In this document: positions 7,337-17,363 of the stretch, in pieces
How the letters are laid out: every line of letters starts with the position of its first letter
Position numbering within the stretch: position 1 is the stretch's first letter
From: a virus
Taxonomy: Duplodnaviria > Caudoviricetes
Reading direction: 5' to 3' (one strand)
Length of the DNA: 24,218 nucleotides
IMG/VR virus record: IMGVR_UViG_3300017903_000272
Location: 1 to 24,218 of that record
Position numbers and translations under genes: made by a program
Notes under the pieces: generated by a model
What the model saw: the letters and a program-made list of their open reading frames with translations, nothing else
Told to the model about the DNA's origin: nothing
Database searches by the model: none

Positions 7337-9271
7337 TTACTGTTGACCGCCAAATAAGCCTAACACGCCCTCTGGATTTTGTGATGCGCCATAAATAGCA
7401 CCTGATCTACCGCCAGCATACAACGCTTCCGACGCTCTTTGAATCACGTTTTGCAATTGTGCAGCACCGCTTTCGTCGCGCAGCATGTTTTTAATAAACT
7501 CTGGATCGCGTGACAGTAGCGCCTGCACGACTTCCTCGCGCTGCTTGTCCGTCAAGTCTGGGCGGGTGCGCCCTGCGATTTTCCGCAGGATGCGCACCAA
7601 GCCCAAGGTTGTACCCGCCTCAAGTACATCCTCAACTCCGATATCCATGCCCTGACGCGCTTGCTGCGCCGCAGATGATGCTGTTGGCGATTTGCTTAGG
7701 ATGGACTTAGCAAATGCGTCTGCACCTTCTTGGGTTTGTAGTTTATTGGCCAGGTCAGCAATATCTTCGCCGGGGAAGATAATACGCAACATATTGCCTA
7801 ACGGCGATTCCTCGCTTGCCAAATCCGCCACAATCGATGCCGAACGCTTACCTGTCATGGCGATGCGCATTTTCTGCCAGATACCTGTGCGGTACGCTGC
7901 AAGTGCGTCGTCGCCAAGTGCGGCAAAGCGATCAACGTCCAGCTCAATTTGGTCAACGTCTGGGTTAGCCTTAAACGCTTTTTGACCAGCTTGGAAAGCA
8001 CGGTCTTGATCCATCATTTTATTGTACGTTGCGCGGGCTTGCTGCGTTTCGTCGCTCAACATATCAATTGTTTGGCGCAGCTCGTTTTCAGCTCTACCGT
8101 AAGCCTGAGCAGTACCGCCTTCGCCAGCTTTATAATATTTACTGCGCAGATCCGCCAAGGCGCGACGCACAATTTCAGCTTCCTCGATTGTTGGCGCACG
8201 TAATAGCTGAACTGCTCCATCTTCGCCAATCTCAAAGAACATATCGCGGCCTTCAACGCCAAGCTCACGTCTGACCGCGCCAAATGCCTCTGGGATGCGA
8301 CGGAAAATGTCTTGGAACATAGGCATAGCATTTGGTGAAATCGGACGCTGCATTGCTGGTGAAGAGTACAGATCCTGAGCCGCCTCTTTTAAGCTACCTA
8401 ACTTCTCAGCCTGATCCGCCAAGATGTTACCGCCGGGGGCAACGTCTGTCAGGTACTGCTGCATCTCCTCAACTAGATCGCCGCGTAGCTCACCCGGACG
8501 CTGTTTCGCTGCCTTTTGTAATAATGTTGCGCCGGGGCCACCCGCATCGAAATATCCGCGAACCACCTCACGCAGCGTGGCGTTCTCCGCCATCAATTTA
8601 CCTTCAGCAACTTGAATATATGCTTCCTCCGGCGTAATCCCCGCTTCTTTGGCAATACGCTGTAGTTCCTGTTCCACCGCGCTGCCAGCTTTATTCCCAA
8701 ATTTACGGCGTGCGTAATCCATGAAGTTTCCGACAGTACCTTGTAGCGCACGGCTAAATAAATCCGCACCTAGCCCTGTCGCGCCACCTAAGCCCGCACC
8801 AGAGACTAAACCTTTAATCCTTTCCTCAGTTTCCTCTGCGGATAAAAAGCCCGTTGCTGCGCCTTGTAAGGCGCCGTAGCCTACGCCACCCGCTAATGTC
8901 TCCGGCGCTACAATCCCAGTGGCTTTACCTAAACGCACTAGATTAGGGTAACGTGCCGCCATAGTAGCTACACCGCCTGTCCCGCCAGTAAAGAGTGACG
9001 CAATGATAGCGGGTAATACAGCGCCGCCAATTTCTGACCCCAGTGAAAGACCGGGGCGCTCAGTGCCGAACTGCTTAACCTGACCGCGTACTTCCTCAAG
9101 TATCTCGTCGTATTCGCGTGTGCCTAGAATGCTGCGTATATACGCCTCAGCTTCATCTGCGCCACCAAAGGTTAAGCCTTGAGCCGCTGCCCTTGCTACG
9201 CCACTGGCGACCCCAACTTGGTTTTCCTGGTCAAACTGTGCTTTTAGTCGTTTCTGTTCTTCAGTCGCCAT
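7337..9271 (-). CDS. Internal virion/DNA ejection protein (644 aa)
   Basis: AQGLTFGGADE motif and Gly/Ala-rich hydrophobic N-terminal third, then a helical body; last gene of the ejection cluster. Confidence 0.7.
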   Translation of the reverse strand: MATEEQKRLKAQFDQENQVGVASGVARAAAQGLTFGGADEAEAYIRSILGTREYDEILEEVRGQVKQFGTERPGLSLGSEIGGAVLPAIIASLFTGGTGGVATMAARYPNLVRLGKATGIVAPETLAGGVGYGALQGAATGFLSAEETEERIKGLVSGAGLGGATGLGADLFSRALQGTVGNFMDYARRKFGNKAGSAVEQELQRIAKEAGITPEEAYIQVAEGKLMAENATLREVVRGYFDAGGPGATLLQKAAKQRPGELRGDLVEEMQQYLTDVAPGGNILADQAEKLGSLKEAAQDLYSSPAMQRPISPNAMPMFQDIFRRIPEAFGAVRRELGVEGRDMFFEIGEDGAVQLLRAPTIEEAEIVRRALADLRSKYYKAGEGGTAQAYGRAENELRQTIDMLSDETQQARATYNKMMDQDRAFQAGQKAFKANPDVDQIELDVDRFAALGDDALAAYRTGIWQKMRIAMTGKRSASIVADLASEESPLGNMLRIIFPGEDIADLANKLQTQEGADAFAKSILSKSPTASSAAQQARQGMDIGVEDVLEAGTTLGLVRILRKIAGRTRPDLTDKQREEVVQALLSRDPEFIKNMLRDESGAAQLQNVIQRASEALYAGGRSGAIYGASQNPEGVLGLFGGQQ

Positions 9272-10688
9272 TGTTATTACCCGCTTCTAGGAGTTGTCTT
9301 ACTTGATCCGCTGATAAGCCGTTCCACTGTTCTTGCGTGTATATGTCTTTCAAACCCTCAGGCACTGGCCCGTTCGCGCCGATCTCAACATTGCCGTCCT
9401 CAGTTGGCGGTTCAATTGGCGCAAATGTCGGTAGAGGTGTAGGCTTAGGAATTACATCATTAATAATTTCATCAGCTATACCTGCATACTGAGCTGTAGC
9501 CTTTGCTCTGTTATATTCACCTTGCGCCTTGTCAAAATAAAACTTAGCGTTTCTCTGCGCTGTGCCTAATATCTGCTGCCGTACTGGCTCAGGTAAACTA
9601 CCTGTTCCCCCGATAAAATTCTGCACGCTTGAAACTAACGCTCGAACCCCACTACCAGCCCCTGCAACCGCTCGTTGTTCCTCACTTCTAACAACACTTT
9701 CAGGATCTAAGATTTTTGAAAAGGCAATAGTTAAGACGTAATCGTCAACGCCTGTTTTATTTTCTACAGCCTCTTTAATTTGGCGATAGCCATTTGCGAT
9801 CTCATCGTAAATCTTATAACTTCTAGTTACTAAGTCGTTACTTAAATTACGGACAATCGTAACCTGCTTTTCATCAAGTTTCTTTAAGGCCTCAGGATCG
9901 CCCTCATAAAGCACCTTACCAGTTTCATCCACCAACTTATCGCCAATAACCTTGACGCCTGGCTTCTTAATGCGTTCCTGAACGATGCTGCCCCAGACGG
10001 TTGCCGCCATCTCAGGGTTTTTCTCAACAATCGCCGCAATGTCGCCGTAACGGTTTTCCTTTAACCACTCGACGGTTTTATTAACCCTGTCTTTGTCAAG
10101 TTGAGTTTGCCCTGCCTGGCGAATAGCTGTGCCCGCACGCATCTCCGGCATAATTAGCGGATCTAACGCTGCGGCAAAACTCTGGAACCTTGTTAAGCCT
10201 GTGTCCGGGCTTTTCTCACTTGCGTAGTCTAAAAGACCGCGCAACATACCCTTGCCCGGTTTTTGCGTTGTCGTCGTTGCTGACGCGCCTAGTGGTGCTG
10301 ATGTCGGTGTCATTGTGTTATTCCCTACATAGCCTTTCATAATGTCTTGCACGTATTTCTGCGTTTCATTGAACGGAGGAATACCGCCGTACTTGCGAAC
10401 ATTACCCGGCCCCGCGTTGTACGCCGCCAACGCAATCATTGGATTCCCGAAAGCCTCAAGTTGCTGCTTATAGTAACGCGCTGCGCCAGTGAGGTTCTGG
10501 ATTGGATCGTTTGGGTCTACACCTAAATCAGACGCCGTACCGGGCATAAGCTGGCCCAAGCCGATAGCGCCTTTTGGGCTAACCGCCGTAGGATCAAACG
10601 AGCTTTCCCGGTTAATCATGCGCACGAATAGATCGGGGTCAATCCCGATCTCTCGTGCTATCCGGCGTGCCTCTGCGCGGTAATCCAT
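9261..10688 (-). CDS. Internal virion/ejection protein with N-terminal lytic transglycosylase (SLT) domain
   Basis: SLT motifs RES (catalytic Glu), GAIGLGQLMPGTA and AAYNAG; C-terminal KILDPESVVR helical region. Confidence 0.88.
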   Translation of the reverse strand: MDYRAEARRIAREIGIDPDLFVRMINRESSFDPTAVSPKGAIGLGQLMPGTASDLGVDPNDPIQNLTGAARYYKQQLEAFGNPMIALAAYNAGPGNVRKYGGIPPFNETQKYVQDIMKGYVGNNTMTPTSAPLGASATTTTQKPGKGMLRGLLDYASEKSPDTGLTRFQSFAAALDPLIMPEMRAGTAIRQAGQTQLDKDRVNKTVEWLKENRYGDIAAIVEKNPEMAATVWGSIVQERIKKPGVKVIGDKLVDETGKVLYEGDPEALKKLDEKQVTIVRNLSNDLVTRSYKIYDEIANGYRQIKEAVENKTGVDDYVLTIAFSKILDPESVVRSEEQRAVAGAGSGVRALVSSVQNFIGGTGSLPEPVRQQILGTAQRNAKFYFDKAQGEYNRAKATAQYAGIADEIINDVIPKPTPLPTFAPIEPPTEDGNVEIGANGPVPEGLKDIYTQEQWNGLSADQVRQLLEAGNNNGD

Positions 10689-11723
10689 TTATTCATACCC
10701 AATCGACTTACGTTTCGCGTCCATAAACGGCTTAATGATTGATTTAAGAATTGGAACTTTCTTAACAATCTTAGCAACACGGGCGCCGTACTTATCGTAT
10801 GCGTTAAAGAACCAATCTGGTGAGTGACCAACAACCCAATCACGGAATTCCAGCCAACGCGGATCATCCTCGCCGTAAACCTCACGCGCCACCCAACAGA
10901 AACTTGGCATCATCGCCAAAGTCTGTAGGTAATTAAATAACCCCGGTGATTGTGTTTGTGTCGTTGTGCTTTGCCCCGGCGTTGCACCCAGTGCAGCAAG
11001 TGGCGCCGAAAGTGACGCGCTCGGTGCACCAGTAAACCCAGCGTACTGACCCTTAGCCGCATCAATAAGCGCTTGCTGTAGACCCTGCTGTAGTAAGCCT
11101 TGTTGTGCTTGCTGCTGCTGGATCTGTGACCCGATGTTGAAGCCTTGCTGACCTAAGCCTGCCAGACCAGATGCAGCACTCTGGCGGATGTTAGCGCCAG
11201 TAAATTGACCTTGGTAGTTAGCTAAGTTTGCTGCTTGCTGTCTTGCCGCCGCTGCCTCTTCAGCTTGTCGGTTGGCAATATCCGCAGCATATCTTTGACC
11301 GATATCATATTGCGCTGCCTGCTGTGCTTGCTGGAACGCGTTTTGTCTTTGCTGCGCCGCAAAGTCCATACCCATGCGCCCGTATTCGCCAGCTAACGTG
11401 CCCTCAGAAACACCGTGACGCGACCCACCAAAAGCACCAGCTTTCTGCGCTGACGCGCCTAAGTCTTGCGTTGCTATCTGGCGTTGGCGCTCAATATCAG
11501 CTTGCCCACGCTCAATAACTTGCTGCGTGTATGGGTTCATGTACTGGCCCATATCTGTGCTTGCAAGCTGGCCCGCTTGTATTGGTGATCCCGCAACGCC
11601 AACTGCCTGCATATTTGTTGGCTGGAAATTTGCTAAGTTACCGTATGCGTCTTTAGCCTGGCCCATTGCCCCGGCTGATTGTTGGAAGATGTTGCCTCCG
11701 CCTGCTCCTGCTGCTGCACCCAT
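10689..11723 (-). CDS. Q/A/G-rich DNA ejection (pilot-like) protein with Cys-initiated C-terminal domain
   Basis: YMNPY and GAFGGSR motifs typical of podovirus ejection proteins; C-terminal CWVAREVYG... domain. Confidence 0.75.
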   Translation of the reverse strand: MGAAAGAGGGNIFQQSAGAMGQAKDAYGNLANFQPTNMQAVGVAGSPIQAGQLASTDMGQYMNPYTQQVIERGQADIERQRQIATQDLGASAQKAGAFGGSRHGVSEGTLAGEYGRMGMDFAAQQRQNAFQQAQQAAQYDIGQRYAADIANRQAEEAAAARQQAANLANYQGQFTGANIRQSAASGLAGLGQQGFNIGSQIQQQQAQQGLLQQGLQQALIDAAKGQYAGFTGAPSASLSAPLAALGATPGQSTTTQTQSPGLFNYLQTLAMMPSFCWVAREVYGEDDPRWLEFRDWVVGHSPDWFFNAYDKYGARVAKIVKKVPILKSIIKPFMDAKRKSIGYE

Positions 11724-11724
11724 T

Positions 11725-13020
11725 TTACGCGTCCTTCTTTATCATACCCACCGCAAAGAATTGAGCGGTGCGTAATGTGAATTTAATAGCGCCAAGTAGA
11801 GTGCGCTTCTTGCCGTTCGCAAATGCGATATAATGGCGGAATTCCTGGTAGTGTTCGTGCGCCTTACCTTGCTCGATCTTTTGCTTACCAAGGTAACGGT
11901 AACCCCGACGAATTGCCTCACCCCACCACTTGTCGTGCAGGTTATGCATACACCAAACAACTGCCTCACGTTTCATTTGCGGTGTAAAGCCGCCAGAAGA
12001 AACAGCGTGCGTTGCGATTACGCAGCCGTCGCCACTATCGCCCGCGTAGCCACTGTCAGAGCTGTCATCACGGCGACCTGCGCCAATGTTAAGTGTGCGG
12101 GTTAGTACGTTACCTGGCAAGTCTACATTTGTTGTGAGACTTTGGTTTAGGTCTGACGCAAATCCATCACGCGCTGTAGTTATTGCGCCCGTTACATCCT
12201 GTATGGCACCAAGAGGCCCGGTTGTCGGATCGCCTTGAGCATAAGAGCCGCCGACATTTCTGATGCCAGCCGCGCCCATAGATTGTCCCGCCATTGCATA
12301 TTGATCCGCCATACTTAAACCGGGCTGGTTAAAATCGTCAGATGTCATATTAGCAAATTGCTGGTTTGCTGCCGCAATATCTGCCGAGAATGCTGGGTTA
12401 TCCTCTGGCTTCGCTGTGCCAGCAGTTATTTGCGCGCCATAATCCGTGTACGCGTCATCAATTATTTGATGCGCAATATCTTGACTGCCGCCGTATGTTG
12501 TGAAGCTCGACCCGCCAGCGCTGCCTGGCATCCCACCAGAGGTGTCAATTACAGATACACTATCACCCCCGCCACCTGTGTTAGTTTCTACTGGGGCTGG
12601 TGCAGCAGTGTAATCAATAGGATCCCCCATCATCGAGCCGCGTTCCCCGGTGATCGGGTCAATGAAGAAGCCTTGCATATATTCATATTGGCCTGGGCGC
12701 TTTGTCTGCAACTCCTGCAAACTCTGCTCGTACATTGGCGCCGATGAATAGCCACGCATACCGCCCGCAAAAGTTTGGGCCTCTGGCATCCCGGTTAGCT
12801 CTGACGCGCCAACTGTTGGCATACCGAAAGCCCCCGCCGCCATGTTAGTTGAACCAAACGCAGCCTCCTGCATAGGCGTGAACGCAGCCACATCCGCACC
12901 GTAATACGGAACATAACCAAGCCCAGCTATACCTTCGGCTCGATTCAAGTTACGCTTTGCCGCGTCCTCAATGTACTTTGGGATTTCAACGCTTGTTGAT
13001 GTTGAGCCGCCTTTAGACAT
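11725..13020 (-). CDS. DNA ejection protein with Cys-initiated C-terminal domain
   Basis: Start MSKGGSTSTSVEIP at 13020 (SD AAGGAG 13028-13033); PYYGADVAAFTPMQ motif; follows the GNAT-like gene as P22 gp7 follows gp14; C-terminal CVIATHAV... domain. Confidence 0.75.
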   Translation of the reverse strand: MSKGGSTSTSVEIPKYIEDAAKRNLNRAEGIAGLGYVPYYGADVAAFTPMQEAAFGSTNMAAGAFGMPTVGASELTGMPEAQTFAGGMRGYSSAPMYEQSLQELQTKRPGQYEYMQGFFIDPITGERGSMMGDPIDYTAAPAPVETNTGGGGDSVSVIDTSGGMPGSAGGSSFTTYGGSQDIAHQIIDDAYTDYGAQITAGTAKPEDNPAFSADIAAANQQFANMTSDDFNQPGLSMADQYAMAGQSMGAAGIRNVGGSYAQGDPTTGPLGAIQDVTGAITTARDGFASDLNQSLTTNVDLPGNVLTRTLNIGAGRRDDSSDSGYAGDSGDGCVIATHAVSSGGFTPQMKREAVVWCMHNLHDKWWGEAIRRGYRYLGKQKIEQGKAHEHYQEFRHYIAFANGKKRTLLGAIKFTLRTAQFFAVGMIKKDA

Positions 13021-13396
13021 TCTCAAACTCCTTAATGTATGACGTGTGCACGGCCTGCCACCCATGCTCCGCTAATGGTTTTTTCCAGCCGTGGCGCCCC
13101 GTCATAGTTAAAGCCTCGCAACCTTGCGTCTTGGCCCATGCTATCACATCTTTGTGCATTTCCATAATCTGCTGCAATTCACCGCCACCTAGAAAAACGT
13201 GTAGTACCTTTTTTTTAGGATATACCACAATTTCCGTTATTATGCACCCCTTTGGCGCGGGCCACAACTGCATCGCTCCCGAATACAGCGAACGCTCCAC
13301 ATCTTCAAAGTCGTGAGTGCCACCAGAATACTCCAATGCCGCCTCGATCCAGCCCCGGCAACGCTCTAGCTCACTTATGGGGCTATGCGCATTCAT
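13013..13396 (-). CDS. GNAT-fold morphogenesis protein (P22 gp14/T7 gp13 position)
   Basis: LHVFLGGG, WAKTQGCEAL and GRHGWKKPL...GW pattern; lies between tail and ejection genes. Confidence 0.7.
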   Translation of the reverse strand: MNAHSPISELERCRGWIEAALEYSGGTHDFEDVERSLYSGAMQLWPAPKGCIITEIVVYPKKKVLHVFLGGGELQQIMEMHKDVIAWAKTQGCEALTMTGRHGWKKPLAEHGWQAVHTSYIKEFENV

Positions 13397-14052
13397 GCAT
13401 GTATCCTCGTAATCGCAAGCGTTGACGCAGGCGATGCAGGCGCGAATGATGTTGCCGCCGTAGAGTTTAAGCTACCGTTGGTGCTATCTACTGCCCACTT
13501 AACTTCCAAGTAATCATCGTCATCTACGTCAAAGATTGCAGCGCGAGACACAACCAAGTTTGCGCCGTTTTGGTGCAGCACATTTACCATAGTTGATCCT
13601 GTTACGTTTGTGCCATTGATTGCAGGCCAAAAGTAAAAGGTTACATCGCTAGAAGATGAGGATGTTATCTCAGCAGTGAAAGTGATTAAATATTCGCCGC
13701 CTTCCTCAAAAACTATGCGCTCGTTGTTGGTTGCGTCACGGTCAATCTTAAAGTTACCACTGGGCGCATCGTAGGTAATAGAGTATGCCGTATCCGCTGC
13801 CGCCGCCGTAACATCTGTGCTGCGTATAAATGTTGCGTGACCACCCTCTAGTACAACCTGACGAAATTCGCCATTCTTGGACACAACTGGGTATTCCTCC
13901 TCACGATCATAAAGAATAACGCCATCTTGCGCAGCGCTATCATAATCTCGCCTGTGCGTAAGAAAAGAGCGTGTACTCTGTATCCACGCACTAAACTTCT
14001 CTGCCCATACTTTGAAATCTGGGCCTACTGGAGGTGCGCCGTAAAAGCTCAT
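13393..14052 (-). CDS. Tail needle/fibre-like protein with C1q/BclA-like C-terminal domain
   Basis: Jelly-roll pattern IVFEEGGEYLITF...FWPAING...DDYLEVKW; directly after the nozzle gene (P22 gp26 position). Confidence 0.55.
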   Translation of the reverse strand: MSFYGAPPVGPDFKVWAEKFSAWIQSTRSFLTHRRDYDSAAQDGVILYDREEEYPVVSKNGEFRQVVLEGGHATFIRSTDVTAAAADTAYSITYDAPSGNFKIDRDATNNERIVFEEGGEYLITFTAEITSSSSSDVTFYFWPAINGTNVTGSTMVNVLHQNGANLVVSRAAIFDVDDDDYLEVKWAVDSTNGSLNSTAATSFAPASPASTLAITRIHA

Positions 14053-15542
14053 CGCTTGCTACCTTGCCGCGCATCTAGACGCATGACACCCACACGCCAA
14101 TCTGCTGCCTCTACACCCTCAACACGCATTCTGACCTGACGACCTTGGAAGCGCACAGATGTTGGGTTCGCCGTGTTAAACGGCCCCTTTTCTGTCTCCA
14201 CTGCATTCGGATAGTTGCGCACCTTAAACTTCAAATCCACATCGCCCTGCGTCTTTTCATCAGGTATGACATTGGTGACTTTCATCAGACGCTCACCAGT
14301 GCCAATAGCAATTGGGCCTGTCTCAGCGTATGGCTTTGCGCTGTCATAATCAAAGCCAACTTCATGCTCGTACACTTCACCGTCTGACTTAACCATAAAG
14401 GGCAAGCGAAACACGCCACGATCTACGCCAGAAGTGCGGTCAATATCTCCAGTTATCCAAATGTTTTCTACATAATCATAGGCAACGTATTTATCGCACT
14501 CACTTGCACTTTGTGATTGGTAGAACCACCAAACTTCATTCCATTGGCTATTAACCATTGCCTGCACTTTGGATGCTTGGTCATAGTTAATATTTGTAAA
14601 TACTAGGTCAGCTACCTCACACGGCAACTCACGAACAACGCCGCCTGAGTAAATAAAGAAATTACGCCGTCCCATCCAGATTACGCCAGCATCAACAGAT
14701 GCATAAGCACCCGCTGCGATTAATCCGCAAGCGTTACCCACGCGCTCAAATCCGTAAACAAATGGTGGGCCTTGGTATGTCATCGTGTGAGCATCTTGAT
14801 CCGTAAGCAGCAAAGCCTGACCGCGCGTTCTTACACCAGCTAAAACTGTGCCAGTTGTTTGTAGCTCTATGTCACCAGCTTGGTTTGTCGCTGCTGCCGT
14901 CCATGTGTTGTAATCTTCTTGGTCAGAAAACTGCACCTTACGAGGATTACCACCCGCTCCTAATGCAACTAGAAAACGCTCCTCAGTTACAAACGCAGCC
15001 TGACAGCTTGTCGGCGCACCAGTAATTGCCGCTGCATTATTTGCAGTATTTAAGTCCCAAGCTAAAATTTTTCCGTCATCTGGACTGCAAGCAATTAGTT
15101 CCTCGCCCCAGTTATCTAGCGACCATGTAGTTGCGCGTAGAATAGAACCTAAGTCTGGACGCTGAACGCCCCAGCCAAACAAGCCCCAACCGCCTGAACC
15201 CCAACCAGTATTGATAGACGCATCTACACGACCATCTGTCAATGCTGCAGGAGTGATGTCATGTGTAACTGAGCTTTCAAGCATAGCTGTAAGGGTGTCA
15301 TGCGAACCAAACGCCGCATATCTCTCACCATCATTTGCGACCCAAGTGTGAACACCGCGAACAACGCCACCCGCGTCTACAGCCGTATTGTCAGACTGAG
15401 CGCGAGTTCGCCATCCGCCTACTGGGCGCAAGCTATCCTCATGCCAACGCACTAGGTTTACGTCACGCCAGCGACCCTGAGATTGATACTCTGTGCCGTT
15501 TGCGTACTGCCCCTTGGGGATGTTTAGCGGGACTAAAGGCAT
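14049..15542 (-). CDS. Tail nozzle/packaged-DNA stabilisation protein (P22 gp10-like)
   Basis: 497 aa, beta-rich; WSLDNWGEEL, FSDQED, YQGPPFVYGF, NEVWWFY and RFQGRQVRMR motifs. Confidence 0.8.
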   Translation of the reverse strand: MPLVPLNIPKGQYANGTEYQSQGRWRDVNLVRWHEDSLRPVGGWRTRAQSDNTAVDAGGVVRGVHTWVANDGERYAAFGSHDTLTAMLESSVTHDITPAALTDGRVDASINTGWGSGGWGLFGWGVQRPDLGSILRATTWSLDNWGEELIACSPDDGKILAWDLNTANNAAAITGAPTSCQAAFVTEERFLVALGAGGNPRKVQFSDQEDYNTWTAAATNQAGDIELQTTGTVLAGVRTRGQALLLTDQDAHTMTYQGPPFVYGFERVGNACGLIAAGAYASVDAGVIWMGRRNFFIYSGGVVRELPCEVADLVFTNINYDQASKVQAMVNSQWNEVWWFYQSQSASECDKYVAYDYVENIWITGDIDRTSGVDRGVFRLPFMVKSDGEVYEHEVGFDYDSAKPYAETGPIAIGTGERLMKVTNVIPDEKTQGDVDLKFKVRNYPNAVETEKGPFNTANPTSVRFQGRQVRMRVEGVEAADWRVGVMRLDARQGSKR

Positions 15543-15551
15543 GTCGCGTCC

Positions 15552-16010
15552 TTATGGTTTAGTGGGCCAATCGTCGTCGTTTAAGTGGGGCCAGTTAGCG
15601 TGGCTTGTGATGTCACGCAGTGCTTGGCGATATGTTGTCATTTCCGCTGACATTGTTACGTCAGACAGAGCATAAAAGTCTGTTACAGATATTAGATTAT
15701 CACGAGCCGCCCTGTTTTCTTGCGCGACCAAATCATCATAATCCTGTGTTTCATCAGATGTTTTGTCTGAAACAGTCCACCCTAGTTCCCAATTATCGCC
15801 GTTTAGCGTAGGCGTTGTTTTCTGCGTTAGGTTCTGCGTTCTTTCTGTATATGAAGGACGATCTAAAATTGTAACCGCATACAAGCCGTAAGAGGCGAGT
15901 GTTTCGCTGGAAATTTGTCTTGGGAAAGACGTATTGGGATTATCACGCCGCAGATCGCCGACCGTGTAGGGGTATTGGTCTACTGCTCCGTTTGTTACCT
16001 TAACGTACAT
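15552..16010 (-). CDS. Tail fibre assembly chaperone-like protein
   Basis: YPYTVGDLRRDNPNTSFP N-terminus; C-terminal RAARDNLISVTDF...YRQALRDIT...WPTKP. Confidence 0.8.
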   Translation of the reverse strand: MYVKVTNGAVDQYPYTVGDLRRDNPNTSFPRQISSETLASYGLYAVTILDRPSYTERTQNLTQKTTPTLNGDNWELGWTVSDKTSDETQDYDDLVAQENRAARDNLISVTDFYALSDVTMSAEMTTYRQALRDITSHANWPHLNDDDWPTKP

Positions 16011-16019
16011 TTTATACTC

Positions 16020-17357
16020 CTATATGCCATCTAGGTCTGTTGATATTGTTGAAGAACTTGCGCTGTTGTCAGTTTCAGAGCCAAAACTAATTGAAACACT
16101 TGTATTATTTGTAGTTGTTGGCGTTGAGACTGACGTTGTTTCTGACGCAATAGTAAAGCTAGACGATGTTGCATAGGTCAAAGTCCAGTTGCCATAAGTG
16201 CCGCCGATGCTGCTATAATCTGACGGTATCTTCATAACAAACGGCTTATATCCCGCATAAATACTAGAAACGTAGTAAACGCCACTAATATACATGTCGT
16301 CGTTGTCATCTATTAAGCAAGTACCAATGTTGTAAAAACCCGCGCCAGCAGATATGTGAAGTTCCTTTTGAAATGTGCCGCTTTCGTTAAATGTTTGCAG
16401 CCAAAAACCTGCGTTGCTGTCACTTGAGTTTGATATTCTTAACATGCAATGAATGTCGCCCGTGCTTGACGCTAGTGTAGGCCCACTTGTTAAGCGATTT
16501 CTTGTAGAGTAATTAAATGTTTTAGACCAGCCAACAGATGTAAATGGGTAGGCTGTTTTCGCTAAAACAATTTCATCAGTATAGAAATCATCTGGCGATT
16601 GCTTAAACACAACATAGAAGTTACCGTTGTAATGAGCAATACTTGATGGGTGTGGGTCAATACTTCTATAAGTACCTGACGTTGTTAAGTCTTTTGCGAC
16701 ATCGTGCGCACCAGCATGTGTAATTGTCCATATACATGCAGTTGTATTTGCCCCAGACCCCCGATAACCATAAACATAATACCTGCTGCTATCAAAATAA
16801 GTAGAGTTTGGAAACCAAGGAACCATTGGATAATATCTGCGTGTCCAATCCGCTGTACCCGTTAATGTTCCCGCGTCCTCCTTATAAAAAGCCGCGCCAA
16901 GCGTACTGAGTTTCATGCCATGATAAATATCATCGCTGTATATATCAAAAACTTGATATGGTTCGTCTTTCCATCCGCCACTGCCTGCCACTTGCTGCGT
17001 AGTGCCAGATGAATTAAACTTGTAAACTACAAAATTGGTAGTAGATGAAGCAGCAACAGGAACATAAACATTGTCACTACTGTCAATTGCTAGGCCATAG
17101 CCTAAAGTATTGTTGCTTCCCTTGGTAATGATTTCCGACCACTCCACAGAGCCGCCAGAACTTAATTGCACAACCGCAGCTTTGTTACTAGCACCCCATT
17201 GGTTAAAAGCTAATGCAATGCTGCCGTTGGAATTTAAGGCCATACGAGGATTGTAGCCATACGATCCTGAAGTGATCGTACTGTCGTTTACATCGCCAAC
17301 CCAGTACCCACCATCAGCCCCAGCAGATGCCATCATTACTTTTTTGAAGTTTACCAT
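16020..17357 (-). CDS. Beta-propeller virion protein, candidate receptor-binding tip
   Basis: Blade-like repeats LAIDSSDNVYV, ALNSNGSIAL, IDDNDDMYISG, FDSSRYYVYG; Ser/Thr/Tyr-rich; lies in the tail module. Confidence 0.65.
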   Translation of the reverse strand: MVNFKKVMMASAGADGGYWVGDVNDSTITSGSYGYNPRMALNSNGSIALAFNQWGASNKAAVVQLSSGGSVEWSEIITKGSNNTLGYGLAIDSSDNVYVPVAASSTTNFVVYKFNSSGTTQQVAGSGGWKDEPYQVFDIYSDDIYHGMKLSTLGAAFYKEDAGTLTGTADWTRRYYPMVPWFPNSTYFDSSRYYVYGYRGSGANTTACIWTITHAGAHDVAKDLTTSGTYRSIDPHPSSIAHYNGNFYVVFKQSPDDFYTDEIVLAKTAYPFTSVGWSKTFNYSTRNRLTSGPTLASSTGDIHCMLRISNSSDSNAGFWLQTFNESGTFQKELHISAGAGFYNIGTCLIDDNDDMYISGVYYVSSIYAGYKPFVMKIPSDYSSIGGTYGNWTLTYATSSSFTIASETTSVSTPTTTNNTSVSISFGSETDNSASSSTISTDLDGI

Positions 17358-17363
17358 TGTTGG

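Noticed and set aside
10689-12024. Canonical inteins or Hint domains at the Cys junctions
   Set aside because: The domains are short and helical-looking and lack the block B TxxH and terminal HN motifs; reported instead as CFI-box-like.
13021-13065. Upstream start given for the 446-aa ejection protein
   Set aside because: ATG 13020 has an AAGGAG SD and a typical MSKGG start; the extension overlaps the GNAT-like gene.
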